DNA from: Octopus vulgaris
Lineage: Eukaryota
Direction of reading: 5' to 3'
DNA: 64,000 bases
Assembly (NCBI GenBank): GCA_951406725.2
Contig: OX597818.1
Coordinates: forward strand, 40,238,001-40,302,000
Positions within the stretch are counted from its first letter, which is position 1, and every line of letters starts with the position of its first letter. Below, one piece after another: positions 36,622 to 50,426 of the stretch. A program made the position numbers and the translations under genes. The notes under the pieces were generated by a model. The model did not search any database, was not told the origin of the DNA, and saw only the letters and a program-made list of their open reading frames with translations.

Positions 36622-37640
36622 TGAGTGAGTGAGAGAACAATGTATGCCATCAAAGTGACACTGGGGTACAAATATACGAAGCCAAATATACCCATCATGA
36701 CTACTCACTACCCATCTGATAAGGGTACACCAGGCACATGCATCACAACCATATGCGTGCGACATGGTAATCTCATACCAAGATCAACAACAGATAGATG
36801 ACCTTGCAGAATTTTCTTCAAAGGGTAATGAACAAAACACCTATGTTTCCAGAGGTGAATTATTCAAACCCCAAAGAATTCATCTCAACACATGACTATG
36901 ATGCTTCCCTACTACTTCTGCGCATGATCAGAGATGCACATATCGTCAGACACTAAGGAACATACTCAACTAGTTAAATTCAAACAACTGACAAGCAAAT
37001 CTGTGGTATTGAGCAGAATATTTGCTGTAGCCCATCTTTTATACCAAGACAAATATTATTATTATTATTATTATTATTATTGAGTGAGAGAGCAGTGCAT
37101 GCCATCAAAGTGACACTGTGGTAAAATATACGAAGCCCAGTACACCCATCATGTCTACCCGTGTGATAAGAGTACACCAGGCACATGCACCACAGCCATA
37201 TGTGCGCGACATGGTGATCTCATATCTAGGTATACAGAGCACGACCTTGCAGGTGGGGCCAAGTTAGAATTTTCATCTGGTCTAATAACCCATCCTGCTC
37301 AAAAGGTCCCTGAATAAGGGTTGTTTAAGGATGTTGAACAAAACACCCATGTTTCCAGAAGTGAATTATTCAAACCCCAAAGAATCCCGCTTAACACATG
37401 GCTATGATGCTCCCCCACTACTTTTGCCCGTGATCAGAGATACACATATCGTCAGCCACTAAGGGACATGCTCAACTGGTTAAGGTCAAACAACTGACAA
37501 GCAAATCTGCGGTATTGAGCAGAATATTGGCCGTAGCCCATCTTTTATACCAAGACAAAACAATGTACATGATAACACTTCCAATCAGTTAAGATCAGCA
37601 GCCATGAGAGCCACTGTCTGGATACAGCATCAGGGCATTT
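36622..37640 (-). mobile_element. Two tandem copies of repeat family F separated by (TAA)n
   Basis: 36622-37052 and 37082-37640. Confidence 0.78.
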
Positions 37641-37675
37641 ATTATTATCATTATTATTATTATTATCATCATCAT

Positions 37676-38240
37676 AGACGTAGCACAGTATACAATATTG
37701 TGAGGTTGTTGATTGAAGATATTGTGTCTACCGGGGTTTGTACTGTTTGTCAAATCACAAGGACCTCAGACAGACAGTACTTTACGCAATACGCGTGCAG
37801 TTCCAAGTAATGCCGACTTTTGCAATACATCTAGATAGTAGGGTATTTCTAAGGTTTTCAGATGCTTTTTCAGATTGGGTGGTATTGAACCCAATGCTCC
37901 GATGACAATAGGGATAACCTTTATGTTTGACTCTCGTAGCTGCCTCATCTTAGCAATCTCAATTCTCGGCTCTCCATATTTATCAACCTTTTCTCTTTCT
38001 TTCATAATGATTTGTTGATCTCCTAGCACTGCCACGTCAATTATTAGGCTCTCTTGTTTGTCCCTCGTAAAGGTTACTATCTCCGGCCTTCGGTGCTCTA
38101 ATACATTGTCTGTCTGGAAGTAAAAGTCCCAGAGGAGTTTTGATTTCCCCTTTTCGCCCCTTACCTTTTCCAGTGTATGTTGGTACCAAGCACCCGTAAC
38201 CTCATATCCATACTTACAGCATGGGGGTTTTGGGTTACCG
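37676..38240 (-). mobile_element. 5'-truncated R4/Dong-like non-LTR retrotransposon (restriction-like endonuclease domain + 3' UTR)
   Basis: WYQHT...LLWDFYFQTDNVLEHRRPEIV...LIIDVAV...KEREKVDKY...VIPIVIGALG...LQKSALLGTARVLRKVL; flanked by (TAA)n. Confidence 0.85.
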
Positions 38241-38657
38241 TATTATTATTATTATTATTATTATTATTAGGACGGCGAGCTGGCAGAACCATTAGAACGC
38301 TGCACGAAATGCTTAGCGGTATTTCGACCGTCGCTACGTTCTGAGTTCAAATTTCGCCGAGGTCGACTTTGCCTTTCATCTTTTCAGGATTGGTAAAATA
38401 AGTACCAGTGAAACACCGGGGTCAATGTAATCGACTAGTCCCCGCCACCAAAATTTCAGGCCTTGAAATTTTGGTGAAAACTTGAGAAATTATGGCTCTA
38501 ACCTACTCCCTGCCCCGATTGTTTCTGTTTAAAAATTAGAAATTGGAGAGCCTGAGAATGTCATTGCTGGCATTTATCCACAGTGATTTAAAAAAAAAAT
38601 TACTGTGATGTACTTGCATAGCAAGTGACTTGATCTGAGATCGTGTGCTGAAACAAA

Positions 38658-38913
38658 AACAATTGCAGCGTGGAAGATGTTTGTAAGCCATTCAAGAACA
38701 CACAAAAACAGTTTCACTTCAACATTTAAATTTCATTTGTGTCAAAATATTTTCTTCGCTTTGAAACCGCACGAAGTTTTGTCAGTGAATAGGTCACGGT
38801 TTCAAAGCGACGAAAATATTTTGACACAAATGAAATTTAAATGTTGAAGTGAAACTAACTGTTTTTTTTGTGTTCTTGAATGGCTTACAAACATCTTCCA
38901 CACTACAATTGTT
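38658..38913. repeat. ~112-bp inverted repeat (fold-back) with a hammerhead-like motif at the turn
   Basis: Arms 38658-38769 and 38797-38913. Confidence 0.85.
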
Positions 38914-39959
38914 GTTGATTAAAAAAAAAAAGAGTTATGTAAACGATAATTCATTTTAATAGCATATTTTGTGGTTAGAAAATGTTTTCTTACACGCACA
39001 CACAGCTTGGCTTAATTTAGGTGGGGGTAAAAATTTAGATTACATCTTTTCTTCCACCAGTGGACCACGTGTATGTTACTTCGGCATCATCATTCCATAA
39101 AATGTACTTAATGGGAGAAAATATTGAAAAAACATCAATCCACGTGAGAGTAAAAAGGGAGGGTGGTTTGGGTTGTGCTAGAAACAACAGCGAAGCCTTC
39201 CTCGAATTCTTCACCTTTTCCTCTGAAAATATTTACAATTTTTTTTTTTACCGAAAAGGCTCCTCCCATGGTTTTAAGTTAAAAAGGAAATTTACCTAAA
39301 TCGGTCCTTTGACTTATTATTGTAACGTTTATAGCGTTCCAAATAGCTATAACAACAAAATCACTTAGAACGTTTTTTTACAAAAATTATACGGGTATCT
39401 TAAAAAATTTTCATTCAATAAATAATATTTTTACATTATGCATGCATGAATAGAATAAACTGTCAGTTTTCCAGATAGCAAATTAAAACTTGAAATGAAA
39501 ACATTAAATGAGACAGTGAGAGACTTTGCAAATGAAAATGGAATACTCTGCAGTGAATGTAATGAATGTTTAAATTTGTGAAGAATTGGACGCAGTGAAT
39601 GCGATGGATATTTAAATTTGTGAGAAGTTGGAGTTAACAATTTCAATAAACTTGGGAAGTCGAAATTACAGGAAATTTCTAAGAACATGAATTCATAAAA
39701 AATATTTCCAGATAGTCAACCCTTTAATGATTGCTTTCTTTAAGTACTTTTAGTGATTGATACAAACCTGATTGATAAGCAGGTTTCTCCATTATGGTAT
39801 AAATTACCTCGGTAGAGAATGTTTGTCATTGAAAATCTATGTATTTTCTCAAAGGCTTTTAAATCTGTTAACTGTTAGTTTCTATCGAAAATTCTATCTA
39901 GTCCCTAGTATTTATTTATTTATTTAGAGTATGAGTATGGTATTTAATATTGCAAATTT

Positions 39960-40330
39960 AATATATTTAGCTATGGATGGGCCAAATAATCTTGATTTAT
40001 TGCTAAAGACAGTAAACTTTAGTGTTGATGCACGCTACGCTGTTGTGATGTTGAAATCGGCAGAAAGAGAAATAGTGGATTTGAACGACATGCTACCACA
40101 AATGAATAACGAGCAAATGCTCTTGGTGGTAAATCCTTTTTGTTATTATTTTTCTTCACAGTTCAATCAAATGAAAACCACAGTGTTTTGACTGGACTGC
40201 AGAATTGTATAAAATGTATGATGCCACTGAGCATCATCAATGATACAGAAATGACTCATAAAGTGACACTTTGATAGAACAAAGAATAATTTGCGAGAAA
40301 TCTATAGCAAAAGGTTCATGTGAAAGTCTT
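39960..40330 (+). mobile_element. Possible highly decayed hAT-like transposase relic
   Basis: Only short motif resemblances (LAMDGPNN; TLIEQRIICE). Confidence 0.25.
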
Positions 40331-41970
40331 CCAACGCAGAATTCTACACAACAAGTATGTTTGCATTTTTCAGTAGCAACAAATACTTCAAACAAAAATT
40401 CAGCAAAATATTTCCAAGTATTTTTGGGTTACATCTTGAGAACATATTGCAATGTATTTTTCTTGACTTTTACAGCAATAACATTAAGTGAAACACATTT
40501 TATTGTTTTACTATACACGAATCATAGAGTATTTAAATGGCAGGTAGAACTCTTCTGAAAATATTTTCTTAAAATATTCTTTTACTCTTTTACTTATTTT
40601 AGTCATTTGCCTGCGGCCATGCTGGAGCACCGCCTTTAGTCAAGTAAATCGACCCCAGGATTTATTATTTATAAGCCTAGTACTTACTCTGTCGGTCTCT
40701 TTTGCCGAACCGCTAAGTTACGGGGACATAAACACACCAGCATCGGTTGTCAAGCGATGTTGGGGGCACAAGCACAGACAAGCAAACATATAGACACACA
40801 CACACACATATATATACACATATACGACAGGCTTCTTTCAGTTTCCGTCTACCAAATCCACTCGCAAGGCGTTGGTCGACCCGAGGCTATAGTAGAAGAC
40901 ACTTGCCCAAGGTGCTACGCAATGGGACTGAACCCGGAACCATGTGGCTGGTAAACAAACTACTTACCACACAGCCACTCCTGCGCCTTTATTGTTGAGA
41001 CTTAGCTTAACAAAGTTATACATTTTGAGGAATCAAGATCTGTGACCCTCAAGACGTTGATATGTATTATATGAAAAATATGTGATTGGAGATACAATCA
41101 TGAATATCTTGAGACCGTAGACAGCCATCATGAATAAAATTTCCTTTATCTATTCAATAAATCTAAAGCCGCGGGGTGACAGAATCGTTAGCATGCTGGC
41201 CAAAATGCTTATCAGCATTTCGGCTGTCTTTACGTTCTGAGCCCAAATTCCACCGATTCGCTTTTCATCTTTTCGGGGTAGATAAAATAAGTACCAGCCG
41301 AGCTCTGGTGTTGAAGTAATCAACTTATCCCATATCTCGAACTAGTTGACCTTGTGCCAAAATTGGAAACCAATATACTCAGCCATTCTTGTGTCTCTTT
41401 TACAAACTTGTGGGAGCTGAATGCTTATAAATTCTTTATTCTATGCAGCAATCCTCACACAGAAAATGTTTCTTCAATGTTGACCCCTAACATGTATTTC
41501 TGACCAGCTCACATACAGTGAATCTTTTCCTATCTGGCTCCCTCAATCAAAATAGGACGGCACTTCTTCTTTTCATTTCTTAATGTCCTGCACACATACA
41601 GACTTCGTGAATTTCTTTCTCTACACAAATATTACCCCACTCTCTCTCTATCTACCTGCCTGTCTTTCTATATGTGTGTGTGTGTGTGTGTGTGCGTGCG
41701 TGTGTGTATGTATGTATGTATGTGTGTGTGTATATTATATGTATATACCATATGTATATATTCTATTATTCTTTTAATGTTTCAGTTGTCTCAGTTATTT
41801 GACTGCAGCCATGCTGGAGCACCGACTTTAGTCGAGCAAATCGATCCCTTGGACTTATTTTTTGTAAGCCTAGTACTTATTCAGTCGCTCTCTTTTGCCG
41901 AACCGCTTGATTACAGAAACGTAAACTCACCAACATCGGTTGTCAGGCGATGTTGGGAGAACAAACACAG

Positions 41971-42033
<63 letters not shown>

Positions 42034-42991
42034 CACACATTTACATACATGCATACATACATACATACATATACACACACATATATGTACATACGACAGG
42101 CTTCTTTCAGTTTCCAATTACAAATCCACTCACGAAGCTTTGGTCGGCCGAGGCTTTAGTATAAGACACTTGCCCAAGGTGCCACGCAGTAGGATTGAAC
42201 CCGGAACCATGTGGTTGGTAGCAAGCCATTTACCACACAGCAACTCCTGTGCGGTGGATTTGAAAAAGAATTAAAATGTATAAGCAATGAGACACATGCT
42301 GGATTGGCCTCGTTGTTTATATATTTAATCTTTGGCGTCCCTGTTGATGAAAACTTCGCCGGTAAATTATTTTATTTACTAAAATAAGTCAGAAACCATG
42401 GTCCAGGAAAAAGATGGTAAATGTTTTTATTTTTTCATTCCCTTCGAGAATTTATCCCTAACTAATGTTCTTTTTAACGTAAAGGATTCTTATGATGGAA
42501 ACCTCTTAATGTGTTTAAATGTACACTGTATTTTATATGAATAATATATAGTCTATTGACTAATTTTTCTATACGCTAGGCCACTGGTAGAAAAAATTTC
42601 CAAAATCTTTATTACCCTGATATTAATTATATATATATATATATGTATGTATGTGTGTATATATATATATATATGTATGTATGTATGTGTGTATATATAT
42701 ATATATGTATGTATGTATGTGTGTATATATATATATATATGTATGTATGTATGTGTGTATATCTATATATATATATGTATGTATGTATGTGTGTATATAT
42801 AGATATATATATGTATGTATGTGTGTATAGATAGATATGTATGTATGTATGTATGTGTGTATAGATAGATATGTATGTATGTATGTGTGTATATATATAT
42901 ATATATGTATGTATGTGTGTATATATATATATATGTATGTATGTATGTGTGTATATATATATATATGTATGTATGTATGTGTGTATATATA

Positions 42992-43022
<31 letters not shown>

Positions 43023-44632
43023 GTGTATATATATATATATGTATGTATGCATGTATATATATGTATATGTATATTTATGTATATATGTATGTATGTATAT
43101 GTGTGTGTGTGAATGTGTGTGCATATGTTTCGCTTTATCTTCCTTTTCTTTTGTATTCTTTTCTTCTCATTTTGTTTCAGCTCGAAGGCTGCAGCCATGA
43201 TGGAGAATCGTCTATACAACTGATACTATTTCAACTGTTCTTAACTTTAATAAAGGAGTTAGATACCACTACCTTTATTTGCATTCTTGCCACGAAGCTG
43301 ATTCCTTTGGAATTGCGTATGGCAGAATATCCTGGTGCATCTTGAATATACGTATATCAATTCCATGTCATCATTCTTGAAAGAAGTTTCTTTTGCTTTC
43401 GCTTCTATCCTCCGTCACTATAGGTACTTCTTTCTCAATCCAGCGCCACAGAAAGGGTTAAAAATCAAACAGCAAAAATTCTTTTTGCGTGACTTGGATA
43501 TTTATATTTAGATACAATATATGTATATTATATCTAATATATATATATATTGTATTTAAATATAATATATTTATATTCTAAATATATTGTATCTAAAAAC
43601 AATATATACATACGTATTTAGTATACATATACGTATATTAAATACGTATACGTAAGGTGCAGGAGTTGCTGTGTGGTAAGTAGCTTGCTTACCAACCACA
43701 TGATTCTGGGTTCAGTCCCACTGCGTGGCACCTTGGGCGAGTGTCTTCTACTATAGCCTCGGGCCAACCAATGCGTTGTGAGTGGATTTGGTAGACGGAA
43801 ACTGAAAGAAGCCCGTCCTATATATATATATGTTTGTTTGCGTGTCTCTGTTTGTCCCCCCAACATCGCTTGACAACCGATGCTGGTGTGTTTACGTCCC
43901 CGTAACTTAGCGGTTCGGCAAAAGAGACCTATAGAATAAGTACTAGGCTTACAAAGAATAAGTCCTGGGGTCGATTTGCTCGACTAAAGGCGGTGCTCCA
44001 GCATAGACGCAGTCAAATGACTGAAACAAGTAAACGAGTAAAAGAGTAAATATCAAGTACGTATGTGTGTGCGTGCGGGTTTATATATATATATATGTGT
44101 GTATGTGTGTGTGTATATATATATACATATGAGTCTGTGTGTTTATGCATATATGTGATTGCGTGTGTGTTTGTGTTTGTGTGTACATGTTTTGAATGCC
44201 GTTGTATAGAGAAGCATCGACATCGATATCCAGTAATTATATAACAGCGGAAGTATCAAGAAAAGATAGTTAAAGCATTTTGGAAGAAGCTTCAAAAAGG
44301 AAAAAGAAAAGAAAAGATGATATTGATAATTATTACTTTATCCGCAGAGAAAAGAAGAAAAACAACAAAATCAACAATAATACAAAACGAATAAAAAATA
44401 TTTTCCTTGGTTCATTAGAGTAGCTTTCTTAGTTGGAGATTTCTTCATAGCGTTCCAGAGATGTTGTCACTTTGACATTAACCCTTGTATATCCTATAGC
44501 AGAATACACACACACACACATATGTATATAAACTTATGTGTATATGTATATGTATACATATGTATGTATGTATATGTACATATATATATATGTGTGTGTG
44601 TGTGTGTGTATGTATGTTGTCATGTATATATA

Positions 44633-45799
44633 TAGGGGTTGGATAAAATAATGGAAACACCTAACATTTTGAAAATTGCTGTTGCCTTTCAGATATCATC
44701 AGAAAAAAGGTAATTAAAATTCATTAAAATGACAGATCTATCGGACTGTCAAATTATCAAATTGTTGTTGGTACTCGTGTGGCAGGCTCTAGTGTAACGA
44801 AAACAGCCGAGATATTTTGTGTATCAAGAAGTACTGTTTCGAAAGTAATGACAGCTTTTGAGAAAGAGGAAAAACCTCTTCGTCGAAACAAAACTTCGGA
44901 AGAAAACTAAAACTTTGAGGCAGGGACCGCCAGAATCTATGCGAATTGTTAGAAAGGATCACAAAAGTACAGCTCCCAAAATTGCTGCAGTGCTTAATGA
45001 CAATCTTGAGAACCCAGTTTCCACATAAACTGTTCACCGGGAGCTGCACAAAGCCGGATTTCACGGGAGGGCTGCAATCAGAGAACCCCTACTTTCAAAA
45101 ACAAACGTTGCAAAGCGTTTAGAGTGGAGTAAAAACCTACAGAAGTGGTCCCTAGAGTAGTGAAAGAATGTTATTTTCTGGGACGAGTCATCCTTTACCG
45201 TATTTCCGATCATTAGCCGAGAGAAGCATTTGACCCAGACTGCCTTCTTACAACTGTTAAACATGGAGGAGCATCTGTGGTGATCTGGTGTAGGGGGAGG
45301 GCTATATCTTAGAAATTCGTCTGCTCAATGGTTTCCTTTCATGGCAGAATTAATAGTCAAGCTTATCTAAGCATGGTATCTCATCAAATTTATCCTACGG
45401 TTGCGGAACTGTTTCCCGAGGGAAACGCAACCTTTCAGGCTGATAGTGCACCAATTCACACAGCTAAAGTTGTTCCTGAATGGCTCGAGGAACATTCTAG
45501 TGAAGTTGAACATCTTATCTGGCCATCACAGTTCCCAGATCTCAATATTTTTGAAATTTATGGTACATTTTAGAAAAACAAGTAAGGAGTGGATATCCTC
45601 CACCATCATCACTTCAAGAACTGGAGACTGTTTTAACTGAAGAATGGACAAAAATTCCTTTGGAAACAAATTAAAACTTTGTACGAGTCCATACCTCGTA
45701 GAATTCAACCTGTAATTACTGCCAAAAGCAGTCCTACCCTATATTAAAATAAATTTATTTGAAATTTTGAGGTGTCTCCATCATTTTGTCCAACCTCTG
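44633..45799 (+). mobile_element. Near full-length, defective Tc1-like transposon (DD36E spacing)
   Basis: TIR taggggttggataaaataatggaaacacct / aggtgtctccatcattttgtccaacctctg, TA TSD; transposase from ATG 44729 with stops and frameshifts: VIFWDESSF, TVKHGGASV, FQADSAPIH, WPSQFPDLNIFE. Confidence 0.92.
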
Positions 45800-45811
45800 T
45801 ATGTATGTATG

Positions 45812-45855
<44 letters not shown>

Positions 45856-45934
45856 AATACATACATACATACAGAAACACACACACGCATATATAAACTA
45901 CCATTCGATATATTATACAAAATTCGAATTTTTT

Positions 45935-46024
45935 ATCTCTGAAGAGTAGAAGAGTTGTCTATAAATGCTTATCAATATAGGATTTCATTATAGGAACAGC
46001 ACCTCCGTGAAACGATCGTAAGAT
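45935..46024 (+). ncRNA. Type I hammerhead ribozyme motif with long stem II
   Basis: atct-CTGAAGA-(63-nt imperfect hairpin)-GAAA-cgatcg-TA-agat; palindromic stem III acgatcgt. Confidence 0.68.
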
Positions 46025-46586
46025 GCTTTAAATACTTAATTCGAAACTTATAAACTGTCATATACATTATATATGTATACTTATACATATTTACATATAT
46101 TTTTATACATATTTATATTTTTAATACAACAATTATTTTACACACGTATATATCTTTCTAAAGAATTTTCTAATATTGATTTCCTGATATAAATAATAGT
46201 ATATTATTAAACAGATTTATCTATATATAATCAGTCGTATTGAATATATAAGTACTTTAATAGTATTAATACTTTGATACAATAGAGCACTCAATATAAA
46301 TTCAGTATATAATATTCTCATTAAATATATTTAACTAAAGGTATATATATATTATTTCCCGTTGCTCCAGTTCGCTCAGCCGTAGAAATGAGTTGCGACG
46401 TCATAAGTGCCCAGCTGTATCGGCCTTTGCCTTTCCCTTGGATAACACTGGTGGCGTGGAGAGGGGAGGCTGGTATGTTTGGGTGACTGCTGGTCTTCCA
46501 TAAACAACTTCGCCTGGACTTGTGCCTGGGAGGGTAACTTTCTAGGTGCAATCCCATGGTCAGTCATGACCGAAGGGGGTCTCAGC

Positions 46587-46619
<33 letters not shown>

Positions 46620-46727
46620 TGTATGTATGTATGTATGTATGTATGTATGTATGTATGTATGTATGTGTGTGTATGCATGTATATGTATATATATCTACGT
46701 ATATATGTATATATATACTTATATACA

Positions 46728-46762
<35 letters not shown>

Positions 46763-47299
46763 CGTGACGCATATTTGCCATTTGAATATGGCTAACCCCT
46801 AAGGGTGGATGCTACTATAGTTTGTAGCCCCAGGAAGATATCTCCTCCAGCTGGCTATAGACACACTATCTGTGCTCTCTCAGTATTTGTGAATTTTTTT
46901 ACTTGTTTCAGTTATGCGACAATACTGGGGCACTCGAAGGGCTTTTAGTCGAACAAATCTACCCAAGGACATTATTTTTTGAAGCTAGGTGCTTATTCTA
47001 TTGATCTCTTTTGCCGAACCGCTATGTTACGGGGACGTAAACACACCACTACCAGTTGTCAAACGGCGGTGGTGGACAAACACAAACACAGAGATACACA
47101 CAGATAGATATATACATATATATCTATACATACATATATGTATATACGACGGATTTCCTTCGGTTTCCGTCTGCCAAATTCACTCACAAAGCTTTGTTGG
47201 CCCAAGGTGCCACGCAGAGGGAATGAACCCGGAACCATGTGATTGAGAAGCAAGCCTCGAGGAGAAAAATAATTACATGTAGCCGCTCGTCTAATTACG

Positions 47300-48320
47300 A
47301 TCTTTTTCGGGGAGGATAGAATCGTTTAATCAGCAAAATGATGTGGTTTAACACATCTTAGATGTGAGTAAAGGAAAAGATAGATTATACCAATAAAAAG
47401 TTACAAAGATCTACGTGTAATCGAATCCCCAATGAAAACTGTTCAAACGGAAGCTAGCGGATGCCACAAACTACAGCATGGTCCCCGTTGTTGGATATCT
47501 GAGGAAAGTATTTCACGTAGTCAAAGCAAATTTAGAAATGTTGGATATTAATCGTTAAGAAAATCCTTAGAGAAAATTTCCTGCTAACAGACAAGCGTGT
47601 GATGAAAGATTGCTCATACAGAAGAAGAAAGCCAAAGAAACAAACGTTCGAAAGCTATATATAAGAATACAATGCTTTGAGTGTCATGGTGCATGATAAT
47701 GAAAAGGTGTAAATGTCTAAGAACTCCATAGAAGAAAGATATCAGTAAAGAATATTTTTTCTATTAAATGTGAAAAGGTGAAAATTGATAATGGAGAGGT
47801 TAGTATGAATGAGATAAGGGTAAATAATAGATGGGAAAATATCTTGTGGTATCGATTAAAACCAAACTGCAAAAAGGCTTCGAGAGGCTGAAGCTGAAAC
47901 AAGCATAAAGATAAAACTATACAAAGTGATGTCTTTAAATAGCTTTGATTAAAAAGAAATGTCCATGGATGATTAAACTGTAACTTAGATCGCAAGAAAA
48001 CTGGCTCTATTATTAACAAGAACAAATCGTAAATGGAATATTGTGGAAGGAACTGCGAAGGAAAGATGTGCATGATGTTAGACTCGTGTAAGCTATGCAA
48101 AGAAAAGATCAGCTCTCAGTATGTAAAATATTTTGCCGGGAATGGTTATGCTAAGAATAACACAGCAATGCATAAATAGTCCTTGTAGCAACTACGGTAA
48201 ATTGAGATGGGTTCATAAAAAAAAAAAACAATCCAGATTGGTAAATAAAACAGACAGGTAGGATAGATAATTAACGAGGGAATAAAGGTAAAATAAAATC
48301 TGCTATCATTTGGAATACTA
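47300..48320 (+). mobile_element. Possible heavily decayed RLE-type LINE relic (post-RT / zinc-knuckle region)
   Basis: Fragmentary frames (VPVVGY, LEMLDI, QACDERLL, CKLCKE, IIWN) in an order expected for R4-like ORFs; many stops. Confidence 0.35.
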
Positions 48321-49505
48321 CAGGTATATATCTACACTGATTATTTATTTATTATATTTATGCGCCCTTTTCAAGCCTAGCCAGGCTCCTGGGCCCGGTA
48401 TCCCGGTTTCTGTGGCGTATGTGTTCCCCCCAGCTGGACGGGACGCCAGTCCATCGCAGCGTTACCCAAGAAACAGGAAGAAAGAGTGAGAGAAAGTTGA
48501 GGCGAAAGAGTACAACAGGGGTCGCCACCAGCCCCTGTCGGAGCCTCGTGGAGCTTTTAAGTGTTTTCGCTCATTAAACACACACAACGCCCGGTCCGGG
48601 AATCGAAACCGCGATCCTCCGACCGCGAGTCCGCTGCCCTAACCACTGGGCCATTGCGCTTCCATATCTACAATGTTTTTATAGAAAGAGGGAAGTAGAA
48701 CCTGTGATGGTTTTATGCTTTACAAATGTATTTACAACATAAAACTGAGAATAAAACTGGGTCATATTTTATTTGACGGAGAACGGAGAGTTGACTGAAA
48801 TAATAAAGCATCGGAATATATGCTTAAAGTATTTACTTCTGATCTGCGTTCGAAGATCATTCCATACTTCACTTGAATTGACTGCATTTCCATTCTTTTG
48901 ACGTCCATAAAATAATCGTTAATCAAATATTGGGATACATTCAATCAATTTTAGCACTTCTCTGTTGATTTCTTGCCTCACCCAAAATTCAGGAACAATT
49001 TGAAAATATTTAGAGAATATTTTTAGAAACCAATATCTAGGCATGTCTATATATTAGCTTAAGATTTTGACACAAGATCAACAGCTTCGGAGGAGAGAAT
49101 AAGTCGATTTCATCGACCCCAGTGTTCAAGCGGTACTTATTTTATCTACCCCGAAAGGATGAAAGGCAATGTTGACCTCGGCGGATTTGAACTCAGAACG
49201 TAAAGGCAGATGAAATGCCGCTAAGCATTTTGTCCGACGCGGTAACGATTTTGTCTGTTCGTCGCCTTAAACCTATCTATATATTGACTGTTAAATATTA
49301 CCAAAATAGAATTCTACGTTTCAAAATATGGGGATCAGTAATTGAGATCGATTCATAGGTGCAGGAGTGGTCGTGTGGCAAGTGGCGTGCTTACCAACCT
49401 CATGGTTCCAGGTTCAGCCCCACTGCATGGCACCTTGGGCAAGTCCTCGGGCCGACCAAAACCGTGTGAGTGGACTTGGTAGACGGAAACAGAAAGAAAC
49501 CCGTC

Positions 49506-49543
<38 letters not shown>

Positions 49544-49860
49544 GTGTGTGTGTGTGTTTGTGTGTCTGTGTTTGTCCCCCACAACATTGCTTGACAACCG
49601 ATGTTGGTTTGTTTGCGTCCCCGTAACATTAGCGGTTCGGCAAAAGATACTGATAGAATAAGTACTAGGCTTACAAAGAATAAGTCCTGGGGTCGATTTG
49701 CTCGACTAAAAGCAGTGCTCCTGGATGGCCGTAGTCAAATGACTTAAACAAATAAAAGAATAGAAAAAAAGAAAAGAAATCAATCAAATGTTTATGGGAC
49801 ATAGAACGACAGATTTAGTAGCATGCAATATTTAGTTAAACTCTTTGTGTTCTGAATTTA

Positions 49861-50426
49861 CTGTGTTGTCTGGAAAGTTCGTGCCGATTTATAGTAGCTT
49901 AGCTTTCGACTTATATTAGAACATGATTGAGTCCATAAAATAGGATTTGACTACACCTCCATTTAGAGAACAGTTTAAGCTTTCTTTTCGAGGAAGAAGG
50001 TTTATGTTCCTATAACCTGTGTTAATTATGTAACCCTTTAAAATGGAAGATAAGAAAGTTCATTTTCGGCACTTGATGTTTTGGGAACAAGACAAAAATT
50101 GCTGCAGCTCGGCTGGGATGTGTTACCCCACCCTCCATATTCACGAGATATTGCTCTTTCGGATTTCCACTTATTCAGATCTCTGTAGAATAGTCTTAAT
50201 GGTAAAAATTTCAATTCCTTGGATGACGTAAAAAGATCCCTTGATGAATTCTTTGCCATGAAACCACCTCAATTCTGGGAAGAGTGTATTTTCAAGTTAA
50301 AGGAAAGATGGAGACGCATTGTGCAACAAAATGTTTCATATTTGGTTGATTAAAAATGTAATGGCAAGTATTTCTTGACCTTTTTCTTTCCTTTAAAAAT
50401 CGGCACGAACTTCCCGGACAACCCAA
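49861..50426 (+). mobile_element. Second copy of the 566-bp deleted mariner
   Basis: Same TIRs, length and deletion junction as 35060-35625. Confidence 0.9.

Noticed and set aside
41672-42274. 200-aa ORF
   Set aside because: Composed of SINE-A and microsatellite sequence.
48590-48663. tRNA-like sequence (also 10901, 12605, 23693, 23949)
   Set aside because: SINE heads that continue into a shared SINE body, with no complete acceptor stem.
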